The translations under genes were made by a program, and so were the position numbers. Positions 1 through 9,678 of a stretch of DNA of 58,780 nucleotides are shown here, one piece after another (position 1 is the stretch's first letter; each line of letters begins with the position of its first letter). Location of the stretch: IMG/VR virus record IMGVR_UViG_3300016484_000424, positions 1 to 58,780 of that record; one strand, written 5' to 3'. Source of the DNA: a virus (taxonomy: Duplodnaviria; Caudoviricetes). The notes beneath the pieces were generated by a model that made no database searches, had not been told where the DNA came from, and was given only the letters and a program-made list of their open reading frames with translations.

Positions 1-12
1 CACGGCCTTGGG

Positions 13-105
13 GCCTAACGTTCGAGGTGTGGCGCCCGCCGCGCAACCGACGTGCAAGTAAGGCGCGACCCGCTGCGGCGGGTCGCTACGACCGAGGGGT
101 TAGCC
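13..105 (-). mobile_element. attC-like site R3 (93 bp)
   Basis: Minus strand GGCTAAC-ccctc-GGT(C)GTAG...CCACACC-tcgaac-GTTAGGC: R''/L''/L'/R' boxes with the extra base at position 4 of L''. Confidence 0.85.
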
Positions 106-142
106 GGCGTGGTGAACGCAGGCACTGACGACGAAGGAAGAC

Positions 143-445
143 ATGAAGCGCATTTACATCAGCGGCCCGATGACCGGACTGCCAGAATTCAACTTCCCGG
201 CGTTCCACGCTGCCGCAGCCAAGCTGCGCGAGCGTGGGCACACTGCCGTGAACCCGGCCGAGATCAACACCGAGACGGGGGGCGACTGGCACTACTACCT
301 GAAGGCCGACATCAAGGCGCTCTGCGACTGTGATGCGCTGGCGCTGCTGCCAGGATGGCAGAACAGCAAGGGCGCCCATTTGGAGCTGCACATTGCGCAC
401 CGCTTGGGCTTGGAAATCGGAACGGTGGATGAGTTCGCCGGCTAA
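143..445 (+). CDS. DUF4406 / nucleoside 2-deoxyribosyltransferase-like protein (cassette-borne)
   Basis: RIYISGPMTG...N.PAF...NPA...LPGW..SKGA..E motif; stop codon falls in GGCTAAC. Confidence 0.85.
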   Translation: MKRIYISGPMTGLPEFNFPAFHAAAAKLRERGHTAVNPAEINTETGGDWHYYLKADIKALCDCDALALLPGWQNSKGAHLELHIAHRLGLEIGTVDEFAG

Positions 446-496
446 CGTTGCAATTGAGCCGCGCCGGTAGGCGTCGGCTCGAATTGCTTGTTCGGC
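440..496 (-). mobile_element. attC-like site R4 (57 bp)
   Basis: Minus strand GCCGAAC-aagca-ATT(C)GAGC...GCTCAAT-tgcaac-GTTAGCC; perfect L''/L' pairing. Confidence 0.9.
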
Positions 497-518
497 TTCT
501 TGGTGGAGTGAGGACTCT

Positions 519-1274
519 ATGAGCAGGATACTGTGTCAGTTTTCGTGCGGTGCGGCGAGCGCGGTTGCCACGAAGCTGGCGATTGCGCAGAACGCAGGCG
601 CGGTGCCGCTGCTGGTGCTGAACGCCTACCTTGAGAACGAGCACCCGGACAACCGCCGATTCGCGGCCGACTGCGAACGCTGGTTCGGCGTGCCACTGAC
701 CGTGCTGCGCGATGAGAAGTACGGCGCGAACATCATCACGGTGTTTCGGCGGCGCGGGTACATGAAAGGCCGGTATGGGGCGCCCTGCACGACGAACCTG
801 AAGCGCGAGCTGCTGAAGACCGTGGAGCAGCCCGGCGATGTGCTGGTGATGGGCTTCGACGCCAGCGAACAGGACCGCTTCGACGATTTCCAAGAGCGCA
901 ATCCAGACCGCCCAGCGCGTGCGCCGCTGATTGAGGCCGGGCTAGGCAAGGAAGACTGCAAGGCGATGGTGCAGCGCGCCGGGATTGAACTGCCAGCGAT
1001 GTACCGCATGGGCTACGACAACGCGAACTGCATAGGCTGCGTGAAGGGCGGAGAAGGCTACTTCCGCGCCATCCGCGAGGACTTCCCGGAGCAGTTTGAG
1101 GAACTGTGCAGGGTGCAGGACGAGCTGGGCGAAGGCTCCTTCCTGCACCGCGACCGCACGACGAATGTGCGGTTCAGCCTGCGCGACCTTGGCCCCGGCA
1201 CGGTGCGCAGAAACGAAGCCCTGCCCGCGTGTTCGTTCTTCTGCGAACTGGCGGAGCAGGAGTACGCGGCATGA
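519..1274 (+). CDS. PAPS-reductase-like adenine nucleotide alpha-hydrolase family protein (cassette-borne)
   Basis: FSCGAASAVA PP-loop-like start, EHPDN.RF, PCT..LKR, Y..G...ANCIGCVKGG, C-terminal CSFFC. Confidence 0.8.
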   Translation: MSRILCQFSCGAASAVATKLAIAQNAGAVPLLVLNAYLENEHPDNRRFAADCERWFGVPLTVLRDEKYGANIITVFRRRGYMKGRYGAPCTTNLKRELLKTVEQPGDVLVMGFDASEQDRFDDFQERNPDRPARAPLIEAGLGKEDCKAMVQRAGIELPAMYRMGYDNANCIGCVKGGEGYFRAIREDFPEQFEELCRVQDELGEGSFLHRDRTTNVRFSLRDLGPGTVRRNEALPACSFFCELAEQEYAA

Positions 1275-1375
1275 GCGATGGCGATTTGAGCGCGCTATTC
1301 ACCCTGCTGGCAATACCTGTTGGCGGGGCGATTGCGGCGCTTGTGTTGTGGCTGATCTTGCGAGAGCGAGATTGA
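1271..1375 (+). CDS. Small single-TM protein
   Basis: ATGA overlap with the upstream gene; hydrophobic stretch; stops just before the attC. Confidence 0.55.
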   Translation: MSDGDLSALFTLLAIPVGGAIAALVLWLILRERD

Positions 1376-1376
1376 A

Positions 1377-1429
1377 GCCGAACTCACCGCTGACCGGCTC
1401 GAAGAGTCCGGTCTAGCAAGACGTTGGAC
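1377..1429 (-). mobile_element. attC-like site R5 (53 bp)
   Basis: Minus strand GTCCAAC-gtctt-GCT(A)GACC...GGTCAGC-ggtga-GTTCGGC. Confidence 0.85.
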
Positions 1430-1486
1430 ACGGGTGAGCCGCATGCCCGACTCAGGCGGCAGAGAGAAAGCAAGGACACGAGCACC

Positions 1487-1732
1487 ATGAAGGAGCAGGC
1501 ACTTCTGGCAAAGATCAGGGCCAAGCCATCCCAAAGACTCCAAGACCTTTGGAACTACGAAAGCAGCGCCCCCAGGTGTTCGACATGCGTCCAGTTCCAA
1601 GAGCAGCGCGTTTCGCGCAAGGAGGGCCGCGTGGTCAGCCAGAAGTCAACCTGCCAGCTTGGCGGCTTCGTGATCAGGGCCACCGGCGTCTGCGACAAGT
1701 GGACCGGGATCAATGGGGATATTTTGGAGTGA
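1487..1732 (+). CDS. Hypothetical Cys-rich protein
   Basis: AAGGA RBS; CxxC...C...CxxW pattern. Confidence 0.6.
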   Translation: MKEQALLAKIRAKPSQRLQDLWNYESSAPRCSTCVQFQEQRVSRKEGRVVSQKSTCQLGGFVIRATGVCDKWTGINGDILE

Positions 1733-1754
1733 GTACGATCGGCAACGACACCCC

Positions 1755-1784
1755 TTGCGCCGAATAGACAAAATGGCGTAGTCT
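1755..1784 (+). promoter_or_regulatory. Candidate late promoter (pR'-like)
   Basis: TTGCGC-N18-TAGTCT in a non-coding gap before the late genes, followed by a hairpin; mostly positional inference. Confidence 0.3.
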
Positions 1785-1875
1785 CTCAGTAGCGACACAA
1801 AGGCCGGGAGTTCCGGTCCTAACAACAAGCTGCTGCCCGAGTCGGGCGTCAGCGTCGCCAGATCACCCACAAAGC

Positions 1876-1914
1876 AAGGCCCCTGAGCTTCATCGCCAGG
1901 GGCCTTCGTCATTT
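1876..1914 (+). terminator. Candidate tR'-like terminator
   Basis: AAGGCCCCTG...CAGGGGCCTT 10-bp stem with weak U tail. Confidence 0.45.
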
Positions 1915-2068
1915 CCGCCCCTCGCCGGGCACGTCAGCCGGCGGTGCGTCAACACCGGCAGCCGGCGACGTGGAACGTGCGCGAAGGACAAGTCTCCCGC
2001 CTGCGGGCGTCCAACGTAGCGGCGGGCGCCGGCAACCCCATCCCCAACCCAACCTGGAGACCAAGCCC

Positions 2069-2467
2069 ATGAACAAGGCCGTTGAATCCCTGATTGCCTC
2101 CCTGAATGGCTTCCGCGCCCAGTACGCGACCCATCAGAGCAACATCACCAACGCCAGCGCAACGATGCGCCGCAGCGAAGCCTGCATGGCTGAGATCAGC
2201 AAGCACATGACGGAGCTGGAGAAGGCCATCGTCGCCTTGGGCGGCCAAGTGCCTGCAGAGCCCACCAGCTACCGCCCGGATCAAGTGATCCCCCTGCCCC
2301 GCGGCACCGAGATACCGGGTGCAGCAGCGTACATGGCCAAGTCACCAGACCCTCGGAAACTGGCCGGCACCGACATGACCAGCGCCCTCCTGCGCGAAAC
2401 CGGCATGCATACCGAGCAGACCTTCCCCTTCCAGCCCGCCTGCGGCCTGAAGCCAGGCTGCCTGTGA
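2069..2467 (+). CDS. Hypothetical protein (coiled coil)
   Basis: GGAG RBS, phage-like codon use. Confidence 0.6.
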   Translation: MNKAVESLIASLNGFRAQYATHQSNITNASATMRRSEACMAEISKHMTELEKAIVALGGQVPAEPTSYRPDQVIPLPRGTEIPGAAAYMAKSPDPRKLAGTDMTSALLRETGMHTEQTFPFQPACGLKPGCL

Positions 2468-2676
2468 GCATGGACCTGAGCAAGCGCCCATCCTGCCGTG
2501 ACTGCACCTACCACTACGGCATGGGCCCCAACCTGTCCGCACAGTGCGGCCACCCAGGCGCCGCCGGCAACGCTGACCAAGGAAACCAGCGCGCCTCAGG
2601 CCGAGTGATGGCATTCATCCGTGGCACCTGTGGCCGTGAGGGCCGCCGCTTCGTGCCGCACGCCTCAAAGGGCTGA
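2464..2676 (+). CDS. Hypothetical Cys-rich protein
   Basis: CxxC, C.HP, CGREGRRF; overlaps the upstream stop. Confidence 0.6.
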   Translation: MSMDLSKRPSCRDCTYHYGMGPNLSAQCGHPGAAGNADQGNQRASGRVMAFIRGTCGREGRRFVPHASKG

Positions 2677-2678
2677 CC

Positions 2679-2903
2679 ATGGACTTCCAGCCCTACCGGC
2701 AGAGAGTCATCGAGGAGCGCATCGAGCTTGAGGGGCGCCTGAACAAGCTGGCCGCCTTCACCTTCAGCAACACCTACGCGGCCCTCCCCGAGGCCGAGCG
2801 CTCCCGCCTCCTGCGCCAGTACAACCTGATGGTTGAGCTCTCAGGAGTCCTGGAAGAGCGCATCAAGGCGTTCACGGCTGACGCTGAGACCGTGGGGGCT
2901 TGA
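2679..2903 (+). CDS. crAss001_48-like small phage protein
   Basis: YRQRVIEERIELE.RL.KL.AF...LL.RQ..LM......LEERI pattern. Confidence 0.65.
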   Translation: MDFQPYRQRVIEERIELEGRLNKLAAFTFSNTYAALPEAERSRLLRQYNLMVELSGVLEERIKAFTADAETVGA

Positions 2904-2913
2904 GGTGGCTGGC

Positions 2914-3552
2914 ATGAAAGCGAAGTCGGCCGACTGGGAGCGCATCGAGATTGACTACCGGGCTGGCGTCCGGTCACTGCGCGAGATCGCCTCTGAGCAC
3001 GAAATCACAGAAGGCGCCATCAGAAAGAAGGCCAAGCAGTACGGATGGGAGCGAGACCTTTCCGCAAAGGTCCGCGCCAAGGCTGACGCACTGGTACGCA
3101 AAGAGCAGGTACGCGCCGAAGTACGCGCTGGGGCTGACTACAAGGCCACAGAGAACGAAACGGTCGATGTTGAGGCAAAAGTCCTGGCCCGCGTCCAGAT
3201 CAGCCACCGAACCGACATTGCCAAGTCTCGAACAGTGTTCGGCAAGCTGATGAGCGAGCTTGAACACCAGACAGACAACTCAGACATCTACGAGCAGTTG
3301 GCCGAAATGGTCATTGCTGATGCAGAGCCAGAGGGTTCGGAGGCCAGTCGAGCCAGGGCGCAGAAGATGCGTCAGGCTTTCGACAAGGCGCTCTCGCTCT
3401 CGGGTCGATCTGGAACGCTGAAGAGTCTCGTCGAGTCGGCAAAGACGCTGATCGCTCTTGAGCGTGAAGCGTTCGGGTTGGACAAGGGAGCAAGCAATGA
3501 GGCTGGCTCCATCGAAGAGTTCATCGAAGCCCTGAGGAGCCCGACGACGTGA
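2914..3552 (+). CDS. terS: Terminase small subunit
   Basis: DWERIE.DYRAG..SLREIA..H...EGAIRK.AK..GW.R HTH; directly upstream of TerL. Confidence 0.8.
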   Translation: MKAKSADWERIEIDYRAGVRSLREIASEHEITEGAIRKKAKQYGWERDLSAKVRAKADALVRKEQVRAEVRAGADYKATENETVDVEAKVLARVQISHRTDIAKSRTVFGKLMSELEHQTDNSDIYEQLAEMVIADAEPEGSEASRARAQKMRQAFDKALSLSGRSGTLKSLVESAKTLIALEREAFGLDKGASNEAGSIEEFIEALRSPTT

Positions 3553-5060
3553 AAGCCATGACGCCAGAGCAGCGTCAGCGTCTGGCTTGGCTGCTGGGCA
3601 ACTTCGACGCCTACGCGAGCAACTGCCTGAAGATCCTGCCGAAGATGGGCGGCGATCTGGTGCCGCTGGTCTTCAACAGCGCGCAGTGGCACTTGCACAA
3701 GGCCATCGAGGTACAGCGGCAGTCGAACAATGGCAAGGTCCGCGCCCTGGCACTCAAGGGGCGGCAACAGGGCATCTCGACCTACACAGAGGCCCGGCTG
3801 ATGTGGCGCATGGCCACGATCAAGGGCCTGAAGGGCTATGTCCTGGCCCACGAGCAGAAGGCGTCGGACAACTTGTTCACGATGCTGGAGCGGTACTACC
3901 AGAACCTGCCGACGCATGTGAAGCCGCTCCTGGGCGCGAGCAACGCCAAGGAATTGGTGCTGGCGAAGATGGACAGCAAGGCCGAAGTGGCGACGGCAGG
4001 GACCAAGGGCACAGGGCGGTCAGGCACTGCGCAGTTCCTCCATGGGTCGGAAATTGCCTTCTGGCCCAACGCTGATGAGCACTTCGCCGGCATCGGGCAG
4101 ACGGTTCCTGATCTGCCTGGCACCGAGATCATCCTGGAGAGCACGGCCAACGGCACGGCCAACGTGTTCCACGAGTTGTGGCAACTGGCCGTGTCAGGCA
4201 AGAGCGACTACCTGCCGGTCTTCATCCCGTGGTTCTGGCAGCTTGAGTATTCGCGCGATGTCCCAGCGGACTTCGAGCTCACGCCAGACGAGGACGAATA
4301 CCGCGAGCTCTACGGCCTGACGATGGGCCAGATGGCATGGCGCCGCAACAAGATCGACACCGATTTCCGCGGCGACACGCAGCTATTCGACCAAGAGTAC
4401 CCGGCCAGCGCAGAACTGGCTTTCGCTTCGAGCAGCCCGAAGGCCCTGATCCCGGCCAGTCTGGTGATCGCAGCCCGCAAGGTGCGCGACGTCGAAGCGA
4501 TCGGCCGAAAAATCCTCGGGGTCGATCCGGCTGAATACGGGGACGACGAGACCTCATGCGTGCTGCGTCAGGGCCGCGTGGCCAAGAAGGTGGGCGGCTG
4601 GCAGGGCCTGGGTCCGATGGAGACCGTGGCCAAGGTCAGTTTGCTGGCCGACCGGCTCGGCGTGGACGTGATCAACGTGGACGCCACGAACAGCGCCGGC
4701 ATCACGGATCGGCTGATCGAGCTTGGCTACCCGGCTGTGCGCGTGCACTTCGGGTCAGCAGCGCGTCAGGACGACCTGTACGTGAACTGCCGCGACGAGA
4801 TGTGGGGCGAGATGCTGGAGTGGCTCCGAGACAAGCCGGCCAGCATCGACGACAGCGATTCCCTCGGTGCTCAGTTGACGAGCGTGGAGAAGACCTATGA
4901 CAGCAAGCGCCGCATGAAATTGGAGCCGAAGGAAAAGATGAAGGGCCGCGGCCTGCGTTCGCCTGACGATGCGGATGCGCTCGCCCTGACGTTCTATGGT
5001 GGCAAAGCGGCCGGCAAGGACGAAGCCGCCCGCTTCCGTCGCATGCGGGGCTACGCCTGA
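3549..5060 (+). CDS. terL: Terminase large subunit
   Basis: LKGRQQGIST Walker A, LHGSE Walker B, ESTANG, GVDPA..GDD and SPDDADALA nuclease motifs. Confidence 0.95.
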   Translation: MKAMTPEQRQRLAWLLGNFDAYASNCLKILPKMGGDLVPLVFNSAQWHLHKAIEVQRQSNNGKVRALALKGRQQGISTYTEARLMWRMATIKGLKGYVLAHEQKASDNLFTMLERYYQNLPTHVKPLLGASNAKELVLAKMDSKAEVATAGTKGTGRSGTAQFLHGSEIAFWPNADEHFAGIGQTVPDLPGTEIILESTANGTANVFHELWQLAVSGKSDYLPVFIPWFWQLEYSRDVPADFELTPDEDEYRELYGLTMGQMAWRRNKIDTDFRGDTQLFDQEYPASAELAFASSSPKALIPASLVIAARKVRDVEAIGRKILGVDPAEYGDDETSCVLRQGRVAKKVGGWQGLGPMETVAKVSLLADRLGVDVINVDATNSAGITDRLIELGYPAVRVHFGSAARQDDLYVNCRDEMWGEMLEWLRDKPASIDDSDSLGAQLTSVEKTYDSKRRMKLEPKEKMKGRGLRSPDDADALALTFYGGKAAGKDEAARFRRMRGYA

Positions 5061-7162
5061 TGATCGTCAAGCCGCGCGAGCCGTTGAACGCCGCGGACTC
5101 GATGGGCAGGCCGAGCCGCGACAGGGCCACTGGTGGCTACTCGCTCAATGCGCTTGAGCGCTTGCTGTACGACTGTGACATGCAGCCCGCATGGCGTGAG
5201 CGAGCCGACCGCGCCTGCGCCTACTACGACAACATCGACAACGAGCAACTATCGCCCCAGCAGAAGCAGGCAGCGATGGAGGCCGGCATTGATGCACGCT
5301 CGACGAACCTGATCGGCCGCGTGATCAACGGTGTGCTGGGCCAGGAGGCCAAGACTCGGCGCGACCCGGTGACAGAGCCCGACGACGACGACTTCGCCGA
5401 CGTGGCCGACGTGCTGAATGTCAAGCTGAAGGAGGCCAAGCGCGAGACGTTGGCCGACATGGAGTGCTCATCGGCCTACGCCAGCCAGGTCAAGGCCGGC
5501 GTGGGGTTCACGGAGGTCCGCCGCAATAGCGACCCGCTGCGCTACCAATACCACTGCGAGTACGTTCCGCGCGACCAGATGTGGTGGGACTGGCGCAGCC
5601 GCAAGATGGATTTCAGCGACGCGCGCTGGATGATGCGCCGTCAATGGAAGGATCTCGACGAGGTGATCGGCGCCATGCCTGAGCACCGCGAGGCCATTGA
5701 GCAGGCCATGTCAATGACGGCTCCGTGGGCTGGTGGTCCGGTTGACGAGAGCCCCATCCAGTACGGCCCATCGTCGGACGGCGTGCAGCGCTTCCGCACC
5801 CGCTCGTCAGAGTGGCGCGATGGCGCTCGCCAGCGGATCTGCATGTACCAGATCCAGTATCGCGTGCCAGCGACCGTGGTGGTCATGACCATCGGCCACC
5901 GCAAGATCATCGTGGACCCGCAAAACCCGTTGCACGCCGAGGCGCTGTCGCGCGGCATCGGCAAGGTAGAGCGCGTCAGCACGATGCAGATCCGCAATGC
6001 CGTGTTCGCCGGCCCTGTGCGTCTGCTGGACGAGGCAACGACGCAAAAGCGCTTCATCTGGACGCCATGGGTCGCATTCCGCCGCGACAGTGACGACACG
6101 CCCTATGGCCTGATCGACGGAATGATCTCGCCGCAGGATGACTACAACGAGTCGAGCCAGCGGATGCGGTGGCTGCTGAAGGCCCAGCAGTTGATCATCG
6201 ACTCGGATGCGTTGGACACCAGATTCAACACCATCGACGACATCACGCAGACGATGATGCGAGCGGACATGGTGGCGGTTATGGACCCCAATCGCCGCAA
6301 TGTCAATGCGCTGCAGTTCCGCAACGACTTCCAATTGCAGAAGGAACTGTTCGACCGCATGCAGGACTCCAAGCAGTTGGTGCAGGACGTTCCGGGCATC
6401 TACGGCACGCAGTTGGGCAACGCACCCACGGGCGTCACCTCAGGCATTGCCATGAACACCCTTGTCGAACAGGGCATCGTGGCAATGGGTGAGCTGAACG
6501 ACAACTACATGCTGTCGCGCCGCATCACGTTCGAGAACCTGATGGACTTGATCGTCGAGGACCACCTGGCGCCCGACATGCAGGTCAAGATCGGTGCCGG
6601 CGCGACCCGCCGCGTGGTGCTCTTGAACACGCGCAACCCGGAAACCGGCGAGCCGATGAACGTGGTCAAGGACGCGCCGATCAAGCTCGGATTGGGCGAG
6701 GCCCCGAGCTCACCGGCCTATCAGATGCAGACCGCAACTCTGGTGGGCAACATGATCACAGCGCTGGCCGGCACGCCTCAAGCCGCACTGCTGGTGCCGC
6801 ACTGGGTCGAAACCAACCCGATGCTGGGCGCTGGCCGCAAGCAACTGGCCGACGACATGCGCCGCACATCGGGTTTGCCGGTGTCTGGCGATCGCCAGCG
6901 CGCCGAGGCATGGCAGCAGCAGCAAGAGCAGGCCGCCGCGCAACAGCAGCAAATGGCAGCGCAGGCCGCCCAAACCGAGATGGCCAAGAAGGCAGCCGAG
7001 GCCGCTGCAGCGGAGGCCGCGGCTGATGAGGCGCACGCGCGCATCACCAAGATCGGCTCCGAGACCCTGAAGAACCTGGCTGATGTGACTGAGATCACAG
7101 CAGCCAACGAAGACCAACTCGTCAGCGATGCCATCGCGCATGCGCTGCAAAGAGTTGTTTGA
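5060..7162 (+). CDS. Portal protein (P22/933W-like)
   Basis: 700 aa after TerL; NLI...INGVLGQEAKTR, PYGLI..M...QD..N, SGIA; Q/A-rich C-terminal helix. Confidence 0.9.
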   Translation: MIVKPREPLNAADSMGRPSRDRATGGYSLNALERLLYDCDMQPAWRERADRACAYYDNIDNEQLSPQQKQAAMEAGIDARSTNLIGRVINGVLGQEAKTRRDPVTEPDDDDFADVADVLNVKLKEAKRETLADMECSSAYASQVKAGVGFTEVRRNSDPLRYQYHCEYVPRDQMWWDWRSRKMDFSDARWMMRRQWKDLDEVIGAMPEHREAIEQAMSMTAPWAGGPVDESPIQYGPSSDGVQRFRTRSSEWRDGARQRICMYQIQYRVPATVVVMTIGHRKIIVDPQNPLHAEALSRGIGKVERVSTMQIRNAVFAGPVRLLDEATTQKRFIWTPWVAFRRDSDDTPYGLIDGMISPQDDYNESSQRMRWLLKAQQLIIDSDALDTRFNTIDDITQTMMRADMVAVMDPNRRNVNALQFRNDFQLQKELFDRMQDSKQLVQDVPGIYGTQLGNAPTGVTSGIAMNTLVEQGIVAMGELNDNYMLSRRITFENLMDLIVEDHLAPDMQVKIGAGATRRVVLLNTRNPETGEPMNVVKDAPIKLGLGEAPSSPAYQMQTATLVGNMITALAGTPQAALLVPHWVETNPMLGAGRKQLADDMRRTSGLPVSGDRQRAEAWQQQQEQAAAQQQQMAAQAAQTEMAKKAAEAAAAEAAADEAHARITKIGSETLKNLADVTEITAANEDQLVSDAIAHALQRVV

Positions 7163-7307
7163 GCCATGAGCAAGCGCTTGTCCCACTTGCCCGTGTGTAC
7201 CGAGGGACCGCCTGCTGGCGCGCTCATCCCGAGCGCCGGCAGTGATCACGCCGGGATGTGTGCCTTCGGGCACTGCGGGGCCGCCCGTTGAACGGACAGA
7301 GGAAACC

Positions 7308-8276
7308 ATGCCACTAGGTATCTCCACGACGTTTTCAGACGAAGACATGGCTGCGATGGAAGCGCTGCGCGACCCCAACGAGGAACCCTTGCCGGGTGAC
7401 GACGATGGTGCGCCTGCCGCCAACACTGCGCCTCAGGAGACCCAGCCAAAGGCCGAAGGTCAGCCGGCAACGGACGACACCAAGCCGGCGGAAGCCGCTG
7501 CACCAGCAGACCAGCCGAAGGAAGCTGAAGCCGAGAAGCCCAAGGGCAACCGGAATCAGGCCTTGCGTGCTGCCCGCATTGGTGAGCAGCGCGAGCGTCA
7601 ACGGCGCGAGACCGCTGAAGCGGAGGTAGCCGAACTGCGCAAGCAGTTGGAAGCCAAGGCCAGCAAGCCAGCCGACGCATCTCCTGACCTGGAGGACATG
7701 ACGGACGAGGAAATCGAGGAATTGGCGATCGACATGCCTGTAGCCGCAAAGGCTGCGCGCATGGCCAAAGCCGCAAAAGTTGCTCTCGAAAAGTTCGCCG
7801 CAGCCCAGGCAGCAGCACCGGCCGCCCAGCCGCAAGCGCAAGCAGACCCGGATTTCGTGCCGGAAGTCCTGCCGCCCGCTCTGCAGGCCGTGGTGGACGA
7901 GAACGAGGAGCTGCTTGGCTGGCAGCACGACCCGGATCAGACCCGCTTCACGCTGGCCAAGGCCGCGGATGGGCTGCTGATCAATCACCCGAAGTGGAAG
8001 GACGTTTCCCCTGAAAAGAGACTCGCCGAGGTTGTTCGTCGCGTGAACGCCGAGCTTGCATCAGACCCCGCCGAACCAAAGGCAGGCCTGAATCAGCCGA
8101 CCGCGCAACAACGCCTCGACCCCAAGACCGTCATTGCCAACGCACCAGCTCGCACGCCCAAGGCGATCAGCGAGATCGGCGGCGGCAGTGGCAGCAACGA
8201 CCAAGGCCCCGACGTTGCCAGGTTCCGCTCCATGTCAGCAGATGACGTGGAAGCAGAACTGATGACGCGGGGTTGA
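7308..8276 (+). CDS. Scaffolding protein
   Basis: Acidic, P/A-rich, coiled coil; lies between portal and capsid. Confidence 0.7.
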   Translation: MPLGISTTFSDEDMAAMEALRDPNEEPLPGDDDGAPAANTAPQETQPKAEGQPATDDTKPAEAAAPADQPKEAEAEKPKGNRNQALRAARIGEQRERQRRETAEAEVAELRKQLEAKASKPADASPDLEDMTDEEIEELAIDMPVAAKAARMAKAAKVALEKFAAAQAAAPAAQPQAQADPDFVPEVLPPALQAVVDENEELLGWQHDPDQTRFTLAKAADGLLINHPKWKDVSPEKRLAEVVRRVNAELASDPAEPKAGLNQPTAQQRLDPKTVIANAPARTPKAISEIGGGSGSNDQGPDVARFRSMSADDVEAELMTRG

Positions 8277-8305
8277 ACGAAACCCACTCTCTATAGGAGC
8301 GCAAC

Positions 8306-9610
8306 ATGAGCGCAACTTCGATCCCCAGCGGTTCCGGCCTGGCCCCCAAGGGCTGGTCTGAGCACCTGTTCACCCAAGTCGGCAAGCAGCCGACGCCCAT
8401 TGACTCGCTTTCGGGTCCGGCCCCTGACATCTCCAAGATGGGCAAGGTTCTGCGTCGCCAATCGACGACCGACATGCCTTTCGTGCGAGTGCAAGACCTG
8501 GCCAATTCGGCTGGCGACACCGTGCGCGTTGACTGCGCGCATGTGGTGAAGCTGCGCCCGGTCATGGGCGACGAGAACGCCGAAGGCACTGGCGCCAAGC
8601 TGGACTACAGCTACAAGGATGTCAAGATCGATATGGCAACCCTGGCGGTTTCCGCCGGCGGCAAGATGACGCAGAAGCGCTTCCAGCACGATCTGCGCGT
8701 CACTGCCGTTGCCCAACTGAAGGGCTCCATCCCATCGTTCCTGTGGCAACGCGCGCTGACCCAAGCGGCCGGCGCCCGCGGTCAGCAGGACGGCGTGGAT
8801 TGGATTCTTCCGCTGCAGTCCGATGCCAAGTTCGACGCGATGATCGTGAACCCGGTCAAGGCCCCGACCTACAACCGCCACTTTGTCGTCAACGGCACCA
8901 CGTTGGACCAAGGCGGCGCGAAGTTGGCGACCGTGGCCACGACCGACGTGTTCAAGCTCTCGCACGTCGATGACCTCTCGGGCATCCTGAGCGAGCACAG
9001 CGTCCGCATGCTGCCGGTCTCCATCCCTGGTGACATGGCTGCCGGCGATTCCCCGATCAAGGGCATCCTGATGCTGGACCGCTTGGTGTGGATGAACCTG
9101 CTGCGCGAGTCCACCAGCAGCAACAACCTGCGCCAATGGCAAGCCGACGCGATGAAGCGTGCTGAGTACGGTCAACTCCGTGCACACCCGCTGTTCTCGC
9201 CCGGCGCGTTCATCTGGAACGACATCCTGGTTCGCCCGATGGGTGACTTCGGGATTCGATTCCTGGCCAGCACCACGACCAAGCACATCACGGAGGCCAA
9301 TCGCTACAGCGCGACTGAAACCGACGTGACGATCGCCTCAGGCCTGAGCACCACGCATCAGGTCTGTCGCAACGTGCTACTGGGCGCGCAGGCTGTGGCG
9401 ATGGTCGCTGGCGTGAACACCGGCTCGGGTGTCCCCTACTCGATGCTGGAAAACCGCACCAACTTCGGCCGCAATCTGGAGATCGCGGGCGAGTTGATCT
9501 GCGCCGAGGACAAGTTGCGCTTCTCGCTGCCGGATGGCCGGGGCAACCTGGAGCCGACCGACATCGGCGCAATGGTCATCGACAGCGTGGTCCCGCGCCT
9601 GACGGTGTAA
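8306..9610 (+). CDS. Major capsid protein (N4-gp56/DUF4043-like)
   Basis: VRVQDL...AGDTV, PVMGD..AEG, GGKMTQKR..HDLR, VNPVKAPT.NRH, LLGAQA. Confidence 0.9.
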   Translation: MSATSIPSGSGLAPKGWSEHLFTQVGKQPTPIDSLSGPAPDISKMGKVLRRQSTTDMPFVRVQDLANSAGDTVRVDCAHVVKLRPVMGDENAEGTGAKLDYSYKDVKIDMATLAVSAGGKMTQKRFQHDLRVTAVAQLKGSIPSFLWQRALTQAAGARGQQDGVDWILPLQSDAKFDAMIVNPVKAPTYNRHFVVNGTTLDQGGAKLATVATTDVFKLSHVDDLSGILSEHSVRMLPVSIPGDMAAGDSPIKGILMLDRLVWMNLLRESTSSNNLRQWQADAMKRAEYGQLRAHPLFSPGAFIWNDILVRPMGDFGIRFLASTTTKHITEANRYSATETDVTIASGLSTTHQVCRNVLLGAQAVAMVAGVNTGSGVPYSMLENRTNFGRNLEIAGELICAEDKLRFSLPDGRGNLEPTDIGAMVIDSVVPRLTV

Positions 9611-9621
9611 GCACCTGAAGT

Positions 9622-9652
9622 GATCCCTGGCGGCTTCGGCCGCTGGGGTCTT
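9622..9652 (+). terminator. Hairpin after the capsid gene
   Basis: CCCTGGCGGC-TTCG-GCCGCTGGGG; weak U tract. Confidence 0.45.
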
Positions 9653-9678
9653 CAACACGACACAAGGAACCAAACATC

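Noticed and set aside
2009-2015. GTCCAAC as the partner end of the cassette starting at GTTGGAC (1423)
   Set aside because: Only a 7-bp match with no attC or attI context, and it would enclose the probable late promoter and terminator; may be chance
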